A DNA stretch of 64,000 bases, taken from positions 32,001 to 96,000 of the forward strand of contig JBGAIQ010000005.1 of assembly GCA_044225365.1 (NCBI GenBank). Direction: 5' to 3'. The stretch's first letter is position 1; the number at the start of each line of letters is the position of its first letter. A program made the position numbers and the translations under genes. Under the pieces are notes generated by a model. The model did no database searches and had not been told where the DNA came from. It worked only from the letters and a program-made list of their open reading frames with translations. Below, piece after piece: positions 17,859 through 27,023 of this stretch. This DNA comes from Planctomycetota bacterium. GTDB taxonomy: Bacteria; Planctomycetota; B15-G4; JADJEK01.

Positions 17859-20522
17859 ATGCAGACCCCGCTCATTCCATCTCTCCTATTCTTTGGCGTC
17901 ATTGGCGCATCGAGCGCCGCGCTTGCCCAATTCCAGGACTTCCAGGGCTACACCGGATTCGACGTCGGACTGACCAGCCAGGTCCGATTCCCGTCGGAGT
18001 TCCAGTTCGCCGACCTCGACGCCGACGGTCACGAGGACCTCGTCTTCGTGAGTCAGAGCGCCGCGTACCCACGACTCGGCGTGATGCTGAATCAGGGCGA
18101 CGACACCTTTGCGCTTCCATCGTTCCAGGTGCTTCTCGCCGGCGCGGTCGACCTCGCGACTCTCGACATCGATGCAGATGGGGATCTCGACGTCGCCGTC
18201 GCCGAGGGCGGCGGCACGCTCGCCAACGGCCAGACGGTCGCGATCTTCAAGAACTCCGGAACCGGAGCGCTCAGCTTGAAACAGCGCGTCACGGTCGCCA
18301 AGGGCCCGGCGGGGATCGCGGCGGGTGACTTCGACGCGGACGGCGACGTCGACCTCGGTGTAGCGATCTACGGAGTCGCCGCGAGCGGAGCCTCGCTCCG
18401 CGTGCTCACCAACTCCGGCACCGGAACGTACGCGCTCGGCCCCTCGATCTCCTTGTCGAAGGCGCCCTATGGCGTTCGCTCCGGAGATCTCAATGGCGAT
18501 GGCAAGGCCGACCTCGTCGTCGTCCACGACAACGACATCCTCGATGTCCTGATCTCGACCGGCGCTTCGTTCGCGGCTCCGATCGTGTTCGACGTGAAGG
18601 CGACCACCACGCTCGGCGCCCATCTCTTCCCCTGCGTCGCGCTCGCCGACCTCGACCACGATGGCGATCTCGACATCGCGTTCTCGGACAACAATCACCA
18701 GAAGCAGAATCCCCTGCTCGTCGGGATCGTGACCGTGATCACGAATCAGGGTGGCGGCTCGTTCGCGATCGGCAACGACATCGTGTTGCGGCCCTACCAG
18801 AGCGGGTTCACCGACCTCGCGTTCGAGGACTTGAATGGAGATTCGTGGCTCGACGTTCTCGGTTGCGACCATTTCGACTGGGACTACGTCCTTGCCGACG
18901 GCCAGGGCGGATTCCACGCCCCCACGACTCCGAGCTTCGGCTTGATCGCCGCCGATGAACCGACTGCGGTCGGCGCGCTCGACGTCGATCACGACGGGGA
19001 TCTCGACGCCTTCGTCCTCGGCAGTCACTCGAACGCGATGACGATCCATCGCTTCGAGAACGGACAGCCCTTCGCGCCGCCGACCACCGTCGGCCCCGAC
19101 GGCGATCTCGACTTCGGCGATCTCGACGGCGACGGCGATCTCGACATCGTGGGCGGCGGCGGCGGGCCGATCTGGGTCACGATGAACCAGGGCGGCGGCC
19201 ACTTCGGTCCGGCGACGAACTTCCCGAGCTCGGCGTTCAACGGGCCGACGGCGGTCAAGCTCGCCGATTTGAACAACGATGGCCGGCCCGATCTCCTCAT
19301 CGGCACCCTCAGCGGCTTCAACACGAAGCTCAACAACGGCAACGGCACGTTCGGCGCATTGACGCAGTGGAACATGCCGATCTGCGGCGGGAACGATCTC
19401 GATGCGGTCGATCTCGACAACGACGGCAATCTCGACATCGTCATTCCCGAATCCGCCGGTTGTCCCGGCGTCCCGTTCCCGCGCGTCTTCATCGCGAAGG
19501 GTCTCGGCAACGGAACGTTCGTCCCGCCGATCCAGTTCAACGCCACTTTCCTCGTCGAGAAGATGACCCACGCCGATCTCGACGGCGACGGCAATCAGGA
19601 CCTCGTCCTCTCGGGCAACACGACGCTCGAGATCTATCGCGGCAACGGCAACCTCACCTTCCAGCCGAAGGTCCAGGTCCCCGCCGACTTCGCGCCGCAC
19701 GGGATCGTGGTGGCCGACCTGAACGGCGACTCGATCCTCGATCTCGCATCATGCAACTGGGGCAACATCGACGACGACGGGATCGACGAGACGATGACGG
19801 TGTCGCTCGGCATCGATGGACTCACGTATGCGCCGAAGACGATCTACGCCGCGAACGGCTCGTGGGACCTCGGGTCCGTCCTCGGCATCAGTGCCGCGGA
19901 TGCCGATCGCGACGGCGACGTCGATCTCTTCGTGACCAATTTCGATTCGCACGACGTGTCGCTGTTCAAGAATCGTGGCGACGGCACGTTCCTCGCCGCC
20001 ACGCGTATCGGCGGCGTGAAGGACCTGACGGACTCGGTCGTCGCGGACTTCACGGGCGACGGCATCGTCGACATCGTGCTCACGGGAAGTTCCTGGGCGC
20101 CCTCGGTCGCGCCCGGCATCACGTTGCTCGAAGGCCTCGGAAACGACCCATGGATCGCGCTCGGCACCGGATCGAAAGGCACGCTCGGTGTGCCGCATCT
20201 CGACGGCGATGGCGCACTCGTCGCGGGCAACACGATCACGTTCCATCTCGCGAAGGCGCGACCGAACGCGACCGGGGTCTACATCGTCGGTTTCAGCACG
20301 CTGATGATGCCGTACCTCGGCAGCACATTGGTGCCGACCCCGAACCTGCTCCTCCCGCTCGGCGTCGATGCGACGGGCGCGGCGAGTCTCGAAGCGGCGC
20401 TGCCTCCGACGATCGCCGTCGGTTCGAGCTTCGACGTCGTCGCTCAGTGCTGGATCCTCGACCCGCTCGCGGCGAACGCGTACGCGGCGGCATCGAACGG
20501 CATCCTCGCCCACTCGCCCTGA
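17859..20522 (+). CDS. Secreted FG-GAP/VCBS repeat protein with shared C-terminal domain
   Basis: GAGGA then ATG 17859, signal peptide, many DxDxDGxxDL repeats. Confidence 0.9.
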   Translation: MQTPLIPSLLFFGVIGASSAALAQFQDFQGYTGFDVGLTSQVRFPSEFQFADLDADGHEDLVFVSQSAAYPRLGVMLNQGDDTFALPSFQVLLAGAVDLATLDIDADGDLDVAVAEGGGTLANGQTVAIFKNSGTGALSLKQRVTVAKGPAGIAAGDFDADGDVDLGVAIYGVAASGASLRVLTNSGTGTYALGPSISLSKAPYGVRSGDLNGDGKADLVVVHDNDILDVLISTGASFAAPIVFDVKATTTLGAHLFPCVALADLDHDGDLDIAFSDNNHQKQNPLLVGIVTVITNQGGGSFAIGNDIVLRPYQSGFTDLAFEDLNGDSWLDVLGCDHFDWDYVLADGQGGFHAPTTPSFGLIAADEPTAVGALDVDHDGDLDAFVLGSHSNAMTIHRFENGQPFAPPTTVGPDGDLDFGDLDGDGDLDIVGGGGGPIWVTMNQGGGHFGPATNFPSSAFNGPTAVKLADLNNDGRPDLLIGTLSGFNTKLNNGNGTFGALTQWNMPICGGNDLDAVDLDNDGNLDIVIPESAGCPGVPFPRVFIAKGLGNGTFVPPIQFNATFLVEKMTHADLDGDGNQDLVLSGNTTLEIYRGNGNLTFQPKVQVPADFAPHGIVVADLNGDSILDLASCNWGNIDDDGIDETMTVSLGIDGLTYAPKTIYAANGSWDLGSVLGISAADADRDGDVDLFVTNFDSHDVSLFKNRGDGTFLAATRIGGVKDLTDSVVADFTGDGIVDIVLTGSSWAPSVAPGITLLEGLGNDPWIALGTGSKGTLGVPHLDGDGALVAGNTITFHLAKARPNATGVYIVGFSTLMMPYLGSTLVPTPNLLLPLGVDATGAASLEAALPPTIAVGSSFDVVAQCWILDPLAANAYAAASNGILAHSP

Positions 20523-20561
20523 AGATCTCCCTACGCTCCTCATGCGCCCGCGGCGGTCGGA

Positions 20562-21173
20562 TCATTCCGCCGCTGCGGGTGCGTCGCTTCCCGGCCCGCC
20601 AGGCAGCGCGCCGCCGATCTCGCTCTCCAAGTAGGCCCTCGCGATGCGCCAATCCCGCGCGACCGTCCGCTCCGAGGATTCGAGGAGCTGAGCGACCTCC
20701 GCGACCGAGAATCCACCGAAGAAGCGCAATTCGACGAGACGCGCCTTCTCGGGATCGACGACCGCGAGCTTCAAGAGCGCGGAATCGAGCGCGATCAAGC
20801 GATCGTCGGTCACCGGAACCGATTCGGCGGGATGACCGTCCCCGGTTCCGAGTTCGACCCGCTCGCGACCTCCGCCCCGCTTCTCGCTGCCGCGCGCGCG
20901 CGCATGCTCGATCAGGATGCGTCGAATCGTGCGGGCCGCGGCCGCGAAGAACTCGCCGCGCGAACCGATCGTCGGGAACGGCGCGCCGAAGAGGCGAAGA
21001 TAGACCTCGTTCGCGAGCGCCGTCGGTTGCAACGTGTGATCCGCACGCTCGCCTTTGAGGAAATGGCGGGCGAGCCGACGGAAATCGGAATACACGGCCG
21101 ACGCGAGTTCCCGTCCCGCGTCGGGATCCCCGTCGCGGGCGCGAGCGATCAGGCGATCGATGTCCACTTCCAT
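20562..21173 (-). CDS. ECF sigma factor of the kinase-associated (TIGR02999/ECF43-like) type
   Basis: HTLQPTALANEVYLRL, IRRILIEHAR...KRGG, VELRFFGG, TVARDWRIARAYL. Confidence 0.9.
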   Translation of the reverse strand: MEVDIDRLIARARDGDPDAGRELASAVYSDFRRLARHFLKGERADHTLQPTALANEVYLRLFGAPFPTIGSRGEFFAAAARTIRRILIEHARARGSEKRGGGRERVELGTGDGHPAESVPVTDDRLIALDSALLKLAVVDPEKARLVELRFFGGFSVAEVAQLLESSERTVARDWRIARAYLESEIGGALPGGPGSDAPAAAE

Positions 21174-21251
21174 CCGGTAGCACTCCGTCGCGCGCGAGAA
21201 TCGCTCAGCGCACGGCAACGCCCGGACAGGATAACAGGCGGACTCGATCCG

Positions 21252-23072
21252 TCAGGGTTTGAAGTCGACGCGCACCGCGTTCGAGATCCCGACGCCATGC
21301 AGGAGGCTCGGGTCGACGTACACGTACTGCAAGTCGAGCGCGAGCGGGCCGCCGCCGCCGGGGATCGCCGGGATCTGGACCTGCCCCGCCGCGTTCGTGA
21401 ACAACGAGACCTGGATCAGCACGGGCACCGTGACGAGCGTGCCGCCGAGGAAGGGAATCGGACTGACCTGGGTGCTCGCGAGCAGGATCCCGGCCTGATT
21501 CGCCGCAGCGCCCGTGACGCTGAGCGCGGCCGTCGTGCCGGTCGACAGATCCCCTCCGCAGACGCTGAGCTTCGAGTTCCCGGGGCCGCCGAATCCGAGA
21601 TCCAACTGGCAAACGTAGGCCGAGAACGACACGGGATTCGACGCGATCCCGTTGGCGACGACCTCGAGGGAGAACACACCGGGCGGCAGCGATGCCGGGA
21701 GCGTGAACTCGGTGCTCACCGGCAACGAACCCGTCATGACGCCCGTGCTGCTCCAATTGAAAGTCCGCGCGTAGTACACGCTCGTTCCGCTCGTGAGTCG
21801 CACGAGCGGGTAGTTGGAGTTCATCTGGAAGTCGTCGCCGTACGACGCGCCCTCCGAGATGCCGTTCAACTGCGTTCCGACGAGGTGGTACGAGCCGTTC
21901 GCGTTCGGCGTGATCGAGGTGATCGTCGGCTTGCCGGCCGCGAGCGGGCTGCCGGTCGGCTTGTAGACGTAGAGGTCCTTACCCATGTGCGAGTAGAGCA
22001 CGGTCCCGTCCGGCAGATCGAGCATCAAGGTCGTGAACGTGGGCGTGTTGTCCGTCGTTCCGTTCGGCGCGGGCTGCAGGCTGAACGAGTTCGCGACCGG
22101 ATCGTACTCGTAGAACGTCGTCGGCGCGGGAAAGCCATTGCCCGGCGACGGCGTCGGGCTGGTGGCGCAGAGCACGTTGCCCGTCACGAGCATCGCCGCC
22201 GGCGCGTCCGGCGTGCCGTTGCCGTTCGGGATGTCCGGCCCTGCCGTCCACACTCCCTGCTGGAAGCCGAGCGAGGGCGTGTAGAGCGCGGTATGTCCCG
22301 TCGAGCCGAGGAAGAAGGCCTTGCCGCTCGGAAGCAGGAGCGCGCCGCCGAGCTCACCGACGTAGGGGTCGTAGAGCGAGACCGGAACCGTCGCGTCGTT
22401 GATCCAGAGGTTGAAGAGCGAGATGAATCGCTCCGAGTGCGTACCGAACGGATCGATCGTGAGGATGCTGTTGTCTGGCAGCTTCACCCAGCTCGCCTCG
22501 TCCTGGTATCCGCCGTATGCGAGCTGTGCCGCGTTCTGCCAAGTGTTGTTCACGGGGTCATAGATCAAACCCACGCCGTACGAATGCGGAACGACCGGCA
22601 TCAAGAGCACTCGACCGTCCGAGAGCAGTTCGCTGTTGCAGTCGAAGAACAGATCGGTCGCCGTATTCCAGATCGCCGGCGGCGGATCGACCTGCGTCCA
22701 CACGTTGGTCTTCGGATCGAAGACCTCGGCATGCGGACCACCCGAGCCGTACTCCGCACCCGCCACGAACACGCGCCCGTCCTTCAGCACCTGCGACGGA
22801 TAGTAGAGCCGCGTATCGTGCGCATCCGCGAATGCCGACCAGTAGCCATTCACGTAACTGCCATGGATGTCCGGATTGAGCCGATACCACGACTTGCCGA
22901 TCGTGCCTCCATCGTTCCTCGCCGCCATCACGGTGCCATCGGACAGGAGCAGCATCAGATTGACCGGACCCGGCGCAGTCTGATGGAGCTTGGTCCACGT
23001 TCCTGCGGACGCGACCTCGGGCAGCAACAAAACGGGAAGGAAGACGAGATGGCGGAAGCGGGAGGCGGACAT
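21252..23072 (-). CDS. Secreted Kelch/beta-propeller protein with shared C-terminal domain
   Basis: AAGGAG RBS, signal peptide, repeats LLSDGTV, VLKDGRVFVAG, LLSDGRV, LLPSGKA, DLPDGTV. Confidence 0.85.
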   Translation of the reverse strand: MSASRFRHLVFLPVLLLPEVASAGTWTKLHQTAPGPVNLMLLLSDGTVMAARNDGGTIGKSWYRLNPDIHGSYVNGYWSAFADAHDTRLYYPSQVLKDGRVFVAGAEYGSGGPHAEVFDPKTNVWTQVDPPPAIWNTATDLFFDCNSELLSDGRVLLMPVVPHSYGVGLIYDPVNNTWQNAAQLAYGGYQDEASWVKLPDNSILTIDPFGTHSERFISLFNLWINDATVPVSLYDPYVGELGGALLLPSGKAFFLGSTGHTALYTPSLGFQQGVWTAGPDIPNGNGTPDAPAAMLVTGNVLCATSPTPSPGNGFPAPTTFYEYDPVANSFSLQPAPNGTTDNTPTFTTLMLDLPDGTVLYSHMGKDLYVYKPTGSPLAAGKPTITSITPNANGSYHLVGTQLNGISEGASYGDDFQMNSNYPLVRLTSGTSVYYARTFNWSSTGVMTGSLPVSTEFTLPASLPPGVFSLEVVANGIASNPVSFSAYVCQLDLGFGGPGNSKLSVCGGDLSTGTTAALSVTGAAANQAGILLASTQVSPIPFLGGTLVTVPVLIQVSLFTNAAGQVQIPAIPGGGGPLALDLQYVYVDPSLLHGVGISNAVRVDFKP

Positions 23073-23161
23073 GAGGCTCCTTGGGCAGGGCGACTTCGTG
23101 AGGAAGAGTCTACTCCAAGGAGTCGTCGAGGGTCCTGCGGCGAAGGCAGCGCCGAGACGAC

Positions 23162-23200
23162 AGCATCCCCGCACTCGCTTTGCGCGAATGCGGGGATGCT
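23162..23200. terminator. Perfect 12-bp inverted repeat just 3' of tRNA-Arg(CCG)
   Basis: agcatccccgca (23162-23173) / tgcggggatgct (23189-23200); no clear U tract. Confidence 0.5.
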
Positions 23201-23207
23201 CGATGTT

Positions 23208-23284
23208 TGGTACGCCCGTCGCGAGTCGAACGCGAAACCTTCGCCTTCGGAGGGCGACACTCTATCCAGTTGAGCTACGGGCGC
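23208..23284 (-). tRNA. tRNA-Arg(CCG)
   Basis: Cloverleaf GCGCCCG-TAGCTCAACTGGATAGAGT-G-TCGCC-CTCCGAA-GGCGA...TCGCG-TTCGACT-CGCGA-CGGGCGT-ACCA. Confidence 0.96.
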
Positions 23285-23321
23285 GCAGGACGCGCGATCT
23301 TAGCGGTCCCGCCCTCGGAAA

Positions 23322-25064
23322 CTACTTCTTCTCGCCGCGATGGAGGCTGTGCACGAAGATGCCGTCCGTGCTGATCCGCGTCACGACGGCGTCGCGTCCC
23401 GAGGTGAACGAAGCGAGCTTTTCCTTGTCGAGTTGCTCGATCGACATCGCCGAGTCGCGCTTGCCGAGACCCATCATGAACAACGCGAGCAGTCCGAAGT
23501 TCGCCTTCAAGCTGTCCGCCGCGTCCGTCGCGTAGATGACCGAGAAGGGACCCTTGCCGAGGGCCGCGAGCGTGCTCGCAAAGGCCGGGTCGGTGGCGAG
23601 CGACGGCAGCTTGCTCTCGCCGCCGCGACGTAGGATGTCCTTCAACAGCTCACTCGACGCCGAGATCACCATGAGGTCGGGCTGGATCGTGTAGTGGAGC
23701 TTCACCGGCAGGATCGACGCAGGGAGCGTCCAGAGGATCTTGCCGTCGAACTCGCTGCGCTCTCGGATGGCGGCGAGGCCGTTCTCCTGGATGTACGCGT
23801 CGAGGGCCGTTTCGATCGTCTTGCCGTCGTCGATCTTGATCGCGACCGCGACGCTGTGCGGATCCTCCTCGGTGCCGGGGAGGGCCTCGGTCTCGTCCTT
23901 CACCTTCGAATACGCGATCGCGATCTCGTTGCCGAGCGGATCGAGCACGTCGCGGCGCAGGTTGAACTTGTCCGTCGACATCGAGTCCAACTCGGACTGC
24001 ATCGTCTTCGCCGTCTCCGGATCGATCTTCTCCATCTCGGAGAGCAACGCCTCGAACCCGGCGCCGATGTCGAGATGAACCGTCGAGCCTCGCTCGACAT
24101 CGCTCGAGAGTCTCGAGAGCAGGTTCATTGGACCCGCGGGGAAGAACTTCGACAGGATCGTGCCGATCGGCGTCTCGCCCTCGATGCGAACCTCGATCGA
24201 GTACTCGCTGGTCTTCGAGTCGACCTTGCCGCGCATCGCGGCGCGACCGATCTTGTCGACTCCGAGCTTGCGCGCCATCTCACTGTCCGAGACGTTCTTC
24301 TCGGACTCGAGTCCCTCGCGGACGATCGTGCCGAGATCCACGTAAGCGCGAAGGCCCGAACCGCTCGGATTCGCGCCGAGGGACGCCTCGAAATCCGCCT
24401 TCTTGGAAAGCGGGTTCTCGAGCTTGCCCGACAAGCCCTGGATCAATTGTTCGATCTCGTCGCGATCGCCGTCCTTCTGCGGCTGCACGGTGAGCACGAA
24501 CGTCGAACCGACGACCGCATACGCCAGTTCGGCCGGCTTGTCGTTCTCCGACTTCGCCTTCTCCGTGACGATCGTCACCGAAACACCCTCGATCTCGCGC
24601 GTCTCCTGCGAGCCCTTGCCCTCGTCGATCTCCTTCTTCAGGAGGTCGCTGAACTGCTGCGCGAGCTCTCCGGCATGATCGCCGCCGCCCAGCAGGAAAC
24701 CGATGCGAGGAATCGAGACTCGCTGCTTGAAGAAGTCGGGATCCGAAGCCGCGGAATCGAAGAAGACCAGCGCGGCGCCGCCCTCGATCTTCTCGAGCAT
24801 GGCGAACGGATCGGCGCCGGCATCCTGCGCGATCTTGCTGCGCATCTCGCTGAAGGTCTTCCAGAAGTCCTCCCGCACCGCGTCCATCGACGGGTCCATG
24901 AGGCAGCGTCCGAGATCGCTGGCCTTGAAATCCGCGATCGTCTGCTCGACGTCGTCGCACTCGAGGAACCCCCACACGTCGGCCGGCACGGCCTTCTCGT
25001 AGGCATCGCCCGCGATCGCCGTGGCGGAAAGTGCAAGGGTGGAAAGAAGCGTGTTGCGGATCAT
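23322..25064 (-). CDS. Secreted hypothetical protein (DUF3352-like), paralog of 25078-26979
   Basis: Signal peptide; VPADVWGFLECDD, ALPGTEEDP, LRRGGESKLPSLA blocks shared with neighbour. Confidence 0.75.
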   Translation of the reverse strand: MIRNTLLSTLALSATAIAGDAYEKAVPADVWGFLECDDVEQTIADFKASDLGRCLMDPSMDAVREDFWKTFSEMRSKIAQDAGADPFAMLEKIEGGAALVFFDSAASDPDFFKQRVSIPRIGFLLGGGDHAGELAQQFSDLLKKEIDEGKGSQETREIEGVSVTIVTEKAKSENDKPAELAYAVVGSTFVLTVQPQKDGDRDEIEQLIQGLSGKLENPLSKKADFEASLGANPSGSGLRAYVDLGTIVREGLESEKNVSDSEMARKLGVDKIGRAAMRGKVDSKTSEYSIEVRIEGETPIGTILSKFFPAGPMNLLSRLSSDVERGSTVHLDIGAGFEALLSEMEKIDPETAKTMQSELDSMSTDKFNLRRDVLDPLGNEIAIAYSKVKDETEALPGTEEDPHSVAVAIKIDDGKTIETALDAYIQENGLAAIRERSEFDGKILWTLPASILPVKLHYTIQPDLMVISASSELLKDILRRGGESKLPSLATDPAFASTLAALGKGPFSVIYATDAADSLKANFGLLALFMMGLGKRDSAMSIEQLDKEKLASFTSGRDAVVTRISTDGIFVHSLHRGEKK

Positions 25065-25077
25065 CGAGTTTTCCTAG

Positions 25078-26979
25078 TCACTGTTTTTCGTTGAGCCAGA
25101 GTGCGCGTACGCGGATCCCGCGGGCGTCGATGGACAAGCCGCTGACCGCGCGACCCGTGATGTACTTCTTGATGTCGTCCGCCGTGATCGAGCCGAGCGT
25201 CGATTCGATTTCGGGTTTCCTGAGGACGAGGCCCTGGCGCATTCCAGCGAGGAAAGCGGAGGTGTAGGTCGCGGAATCGACCTCGGAGACGATCGATTGC
25301 GACGACTCACCGAGCGCGGCGAAACCGGCCTTGATCGATTCGTCGCTCGCGAGCGACGGCAGCTTCGAATCCCCACTGCGACGCAGGACGTCTTCCACGA
25401 TCTCGCGCGCCGCGGAGATGACGAGCTGATCGTTGGTGAGCGAGTACGAGACCTCGATCCCGAGAGGCGTGGGGATCGTGAAGATGACGCGACCCTCGAA
25501 CTCGGTTCGACGGCGGATCGCGTCGAGGCCTTGCCCCTTCAACAGGGCCTCGAGACTCGTCTCGAGCGCCGCACCATCCTTCAGCTCGACGATGAAACCG
25601 ACGTTCGAAGGATCGTCCTCACTGCCGGGCAACGCCTGGTTCTCGTCCTTCACGGCGATGCGGAAGACCGCGACCTCGCGCCCGAGCAGGGCGAGGAGTT
25701 GCGTTTGCAAGTCGAAGCCGCCGACCTTGGCCTCCTCGAGGCCCGATCGCATTTCGGAAGCCGCGTCGGGTTCCACGACGTCGAGGAACTCCCCGAGCGA
25801 TTCGATCGCGGCGGGAAAGTCGACGTGGAACAGCATCGCGTTGCGCGCTTCGACGGGGATCTTCGAAGCGAGTCCGAACTTGCCGCTCGGCAGCAGGCGC
25901 TCGAGCAGCTTCGTGAGCACGCTCGAATCCTCCATCGAGAGCTCGAGCCCCGCAGAGGAACCCGTCGCGGCGGGAGTGAATTGCAGCGCGAAGTATCCGA
26001 GATGCTGCAGGCCGAGCGCTTCGAGCTTCTGTGCGCCTTCGAGCGAGATGCCATGACTCTCCGGCTCGTCGTCGGCCTCGTCCATGTCCTCGTCGTAGTC
26101 CTCGCCCTCGTCGTCGCCCGCCCCATCCGAATCCGGATCGTCGATGTACGCGTCCGTGTCTTCGTCGGCAGAGTCGCCCTCGACGATCCCGCTCTCGTGG
26201 GCGTGCTTCAGCGCCGACGCCAGGATCGATCCGACGTTGACGAACGCATGGAGCGCTCCGCCGCCGCCGGGTCCGGCCTGCGCGGACTTGTAGAAGGGAG
26301 AGTCGGCGAGCGACTCGTGCGGTTCTCCGGCCAGGCCGCGCACGACGGATTCGAGGCGTTCCGGCTTCGCGTGATGGAGATCGGACCCGAGCACGAACAC
26401 GGTGGAACCGACCATTCCGATCGCGAGTTCGGAGGGTTTCGCATCGTCGGGCTTGTCGTCGAAGACTTCGACCGCGATTCCCGCGATCTCCCGCGTCTCC
26501 TTCACGACCTTCCCCTTCGCGACGTCCTCGCCCACCGAGTCCTCGATCTTCGCGAGCAACTCCGGAGCATGCCCCTCGGCCCCGAAGAGGAAGAGGAGCG
26601 GCGGGTACTCCGCTTCGCCGAAGACGTACTCGGGATCGAAGGCCGAGGGATCGAGCACCGCGAGCGCCGAAGGCCCGTCCAGAAGCTGCAAGAACTCGAG
26701 CGGGTCGGGCCCACCCTTTTCGGCGGCCTCCTTGCGCATCGTCTCGAACATCGCGACGACCGCGTCTCGCACCGGCGCGAACTTCGGATCCGCGAAGAGT
26801 CGGCCCAACTCCGTGCTCTCCACGCCGGCGACGAGTCCCTTGACGTCATCGCATCCGATGTATGCCCAGACATCGGCCGGCAGCGCGTGATCGAGCGTGA
26901 GCGGCGGAGACGGGTCACCGCCGAAGGCGATCCCGCACGACAGCAGGGAGGCAAAGCCAAGGACTCGCAGCTTCATCAC
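25078..26979 (-). CDS. Secreted hypothetical protein (DUF3352-like) with acidic insertion
   Basis: GAGGT RBS, signal peptide; LPADVWAYIGCDD, ALPGSEDDP, LRRSGDSKLPSLA; D/E-rich tract near 26058-26183. Confidence 0.75.
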   Translation of the reverse strand: MMKLRVLGFASLLSCGIAFGGDPSPPLTLDHALPADVWAYIGCDDVKGLVAGVESTELGRLFADPKFAPVRDAVVAMFETMRKEAAEKGGPDPLEFLQLLDGPSALAVLDPSAFDPEYVFGEAEYPPLLFLFGAEGHAPELLAKIEDSVGEDVAKGKVVKETREIAGIAVEVFDDKPDDAKPSELAIGMVGSTVFVLGSDLHHAKPERLESVVRGLAGEPHESLADSPFYKSAQAGPGGGGALHAFVNVGSILASALKHAHESGIVEGDSADEDTDAYIDDPDSDGAGDDEGEDYDEDMDEADDEPESHGISLEGAQKLEALGLQHLGYFALQFTPAATGSSAGLELSMEDSSVLTKLLERLLPSGKFGLASKIPVEARNAMLFHVDFPAAIESLGEFLDVVEPDAASEMRSGLEEAKVGGFDLQTQLLALLGREVAVFRIAVKDENQALPGSEDDPSNVGFIVELKDGAALETSLEALLKGQGLDAIRRRTEFEGRVIFTIPTPLGIEVSYSLTNDQLVISAAREIVEDVLRRSGDSKLPSLASDESIKAGFAALGESSQSIVSEVDSATYTSAFLAGMRQGLVLRKPEIESTLGSITADDIKKYITGRAVSGLSIDARGIRVRALWLNEKQ

Positions 26980-27023
26980 GCTACCTCGATTCTAGAACCG
27001 ATCCCTTGCCACGAACCCACGCT

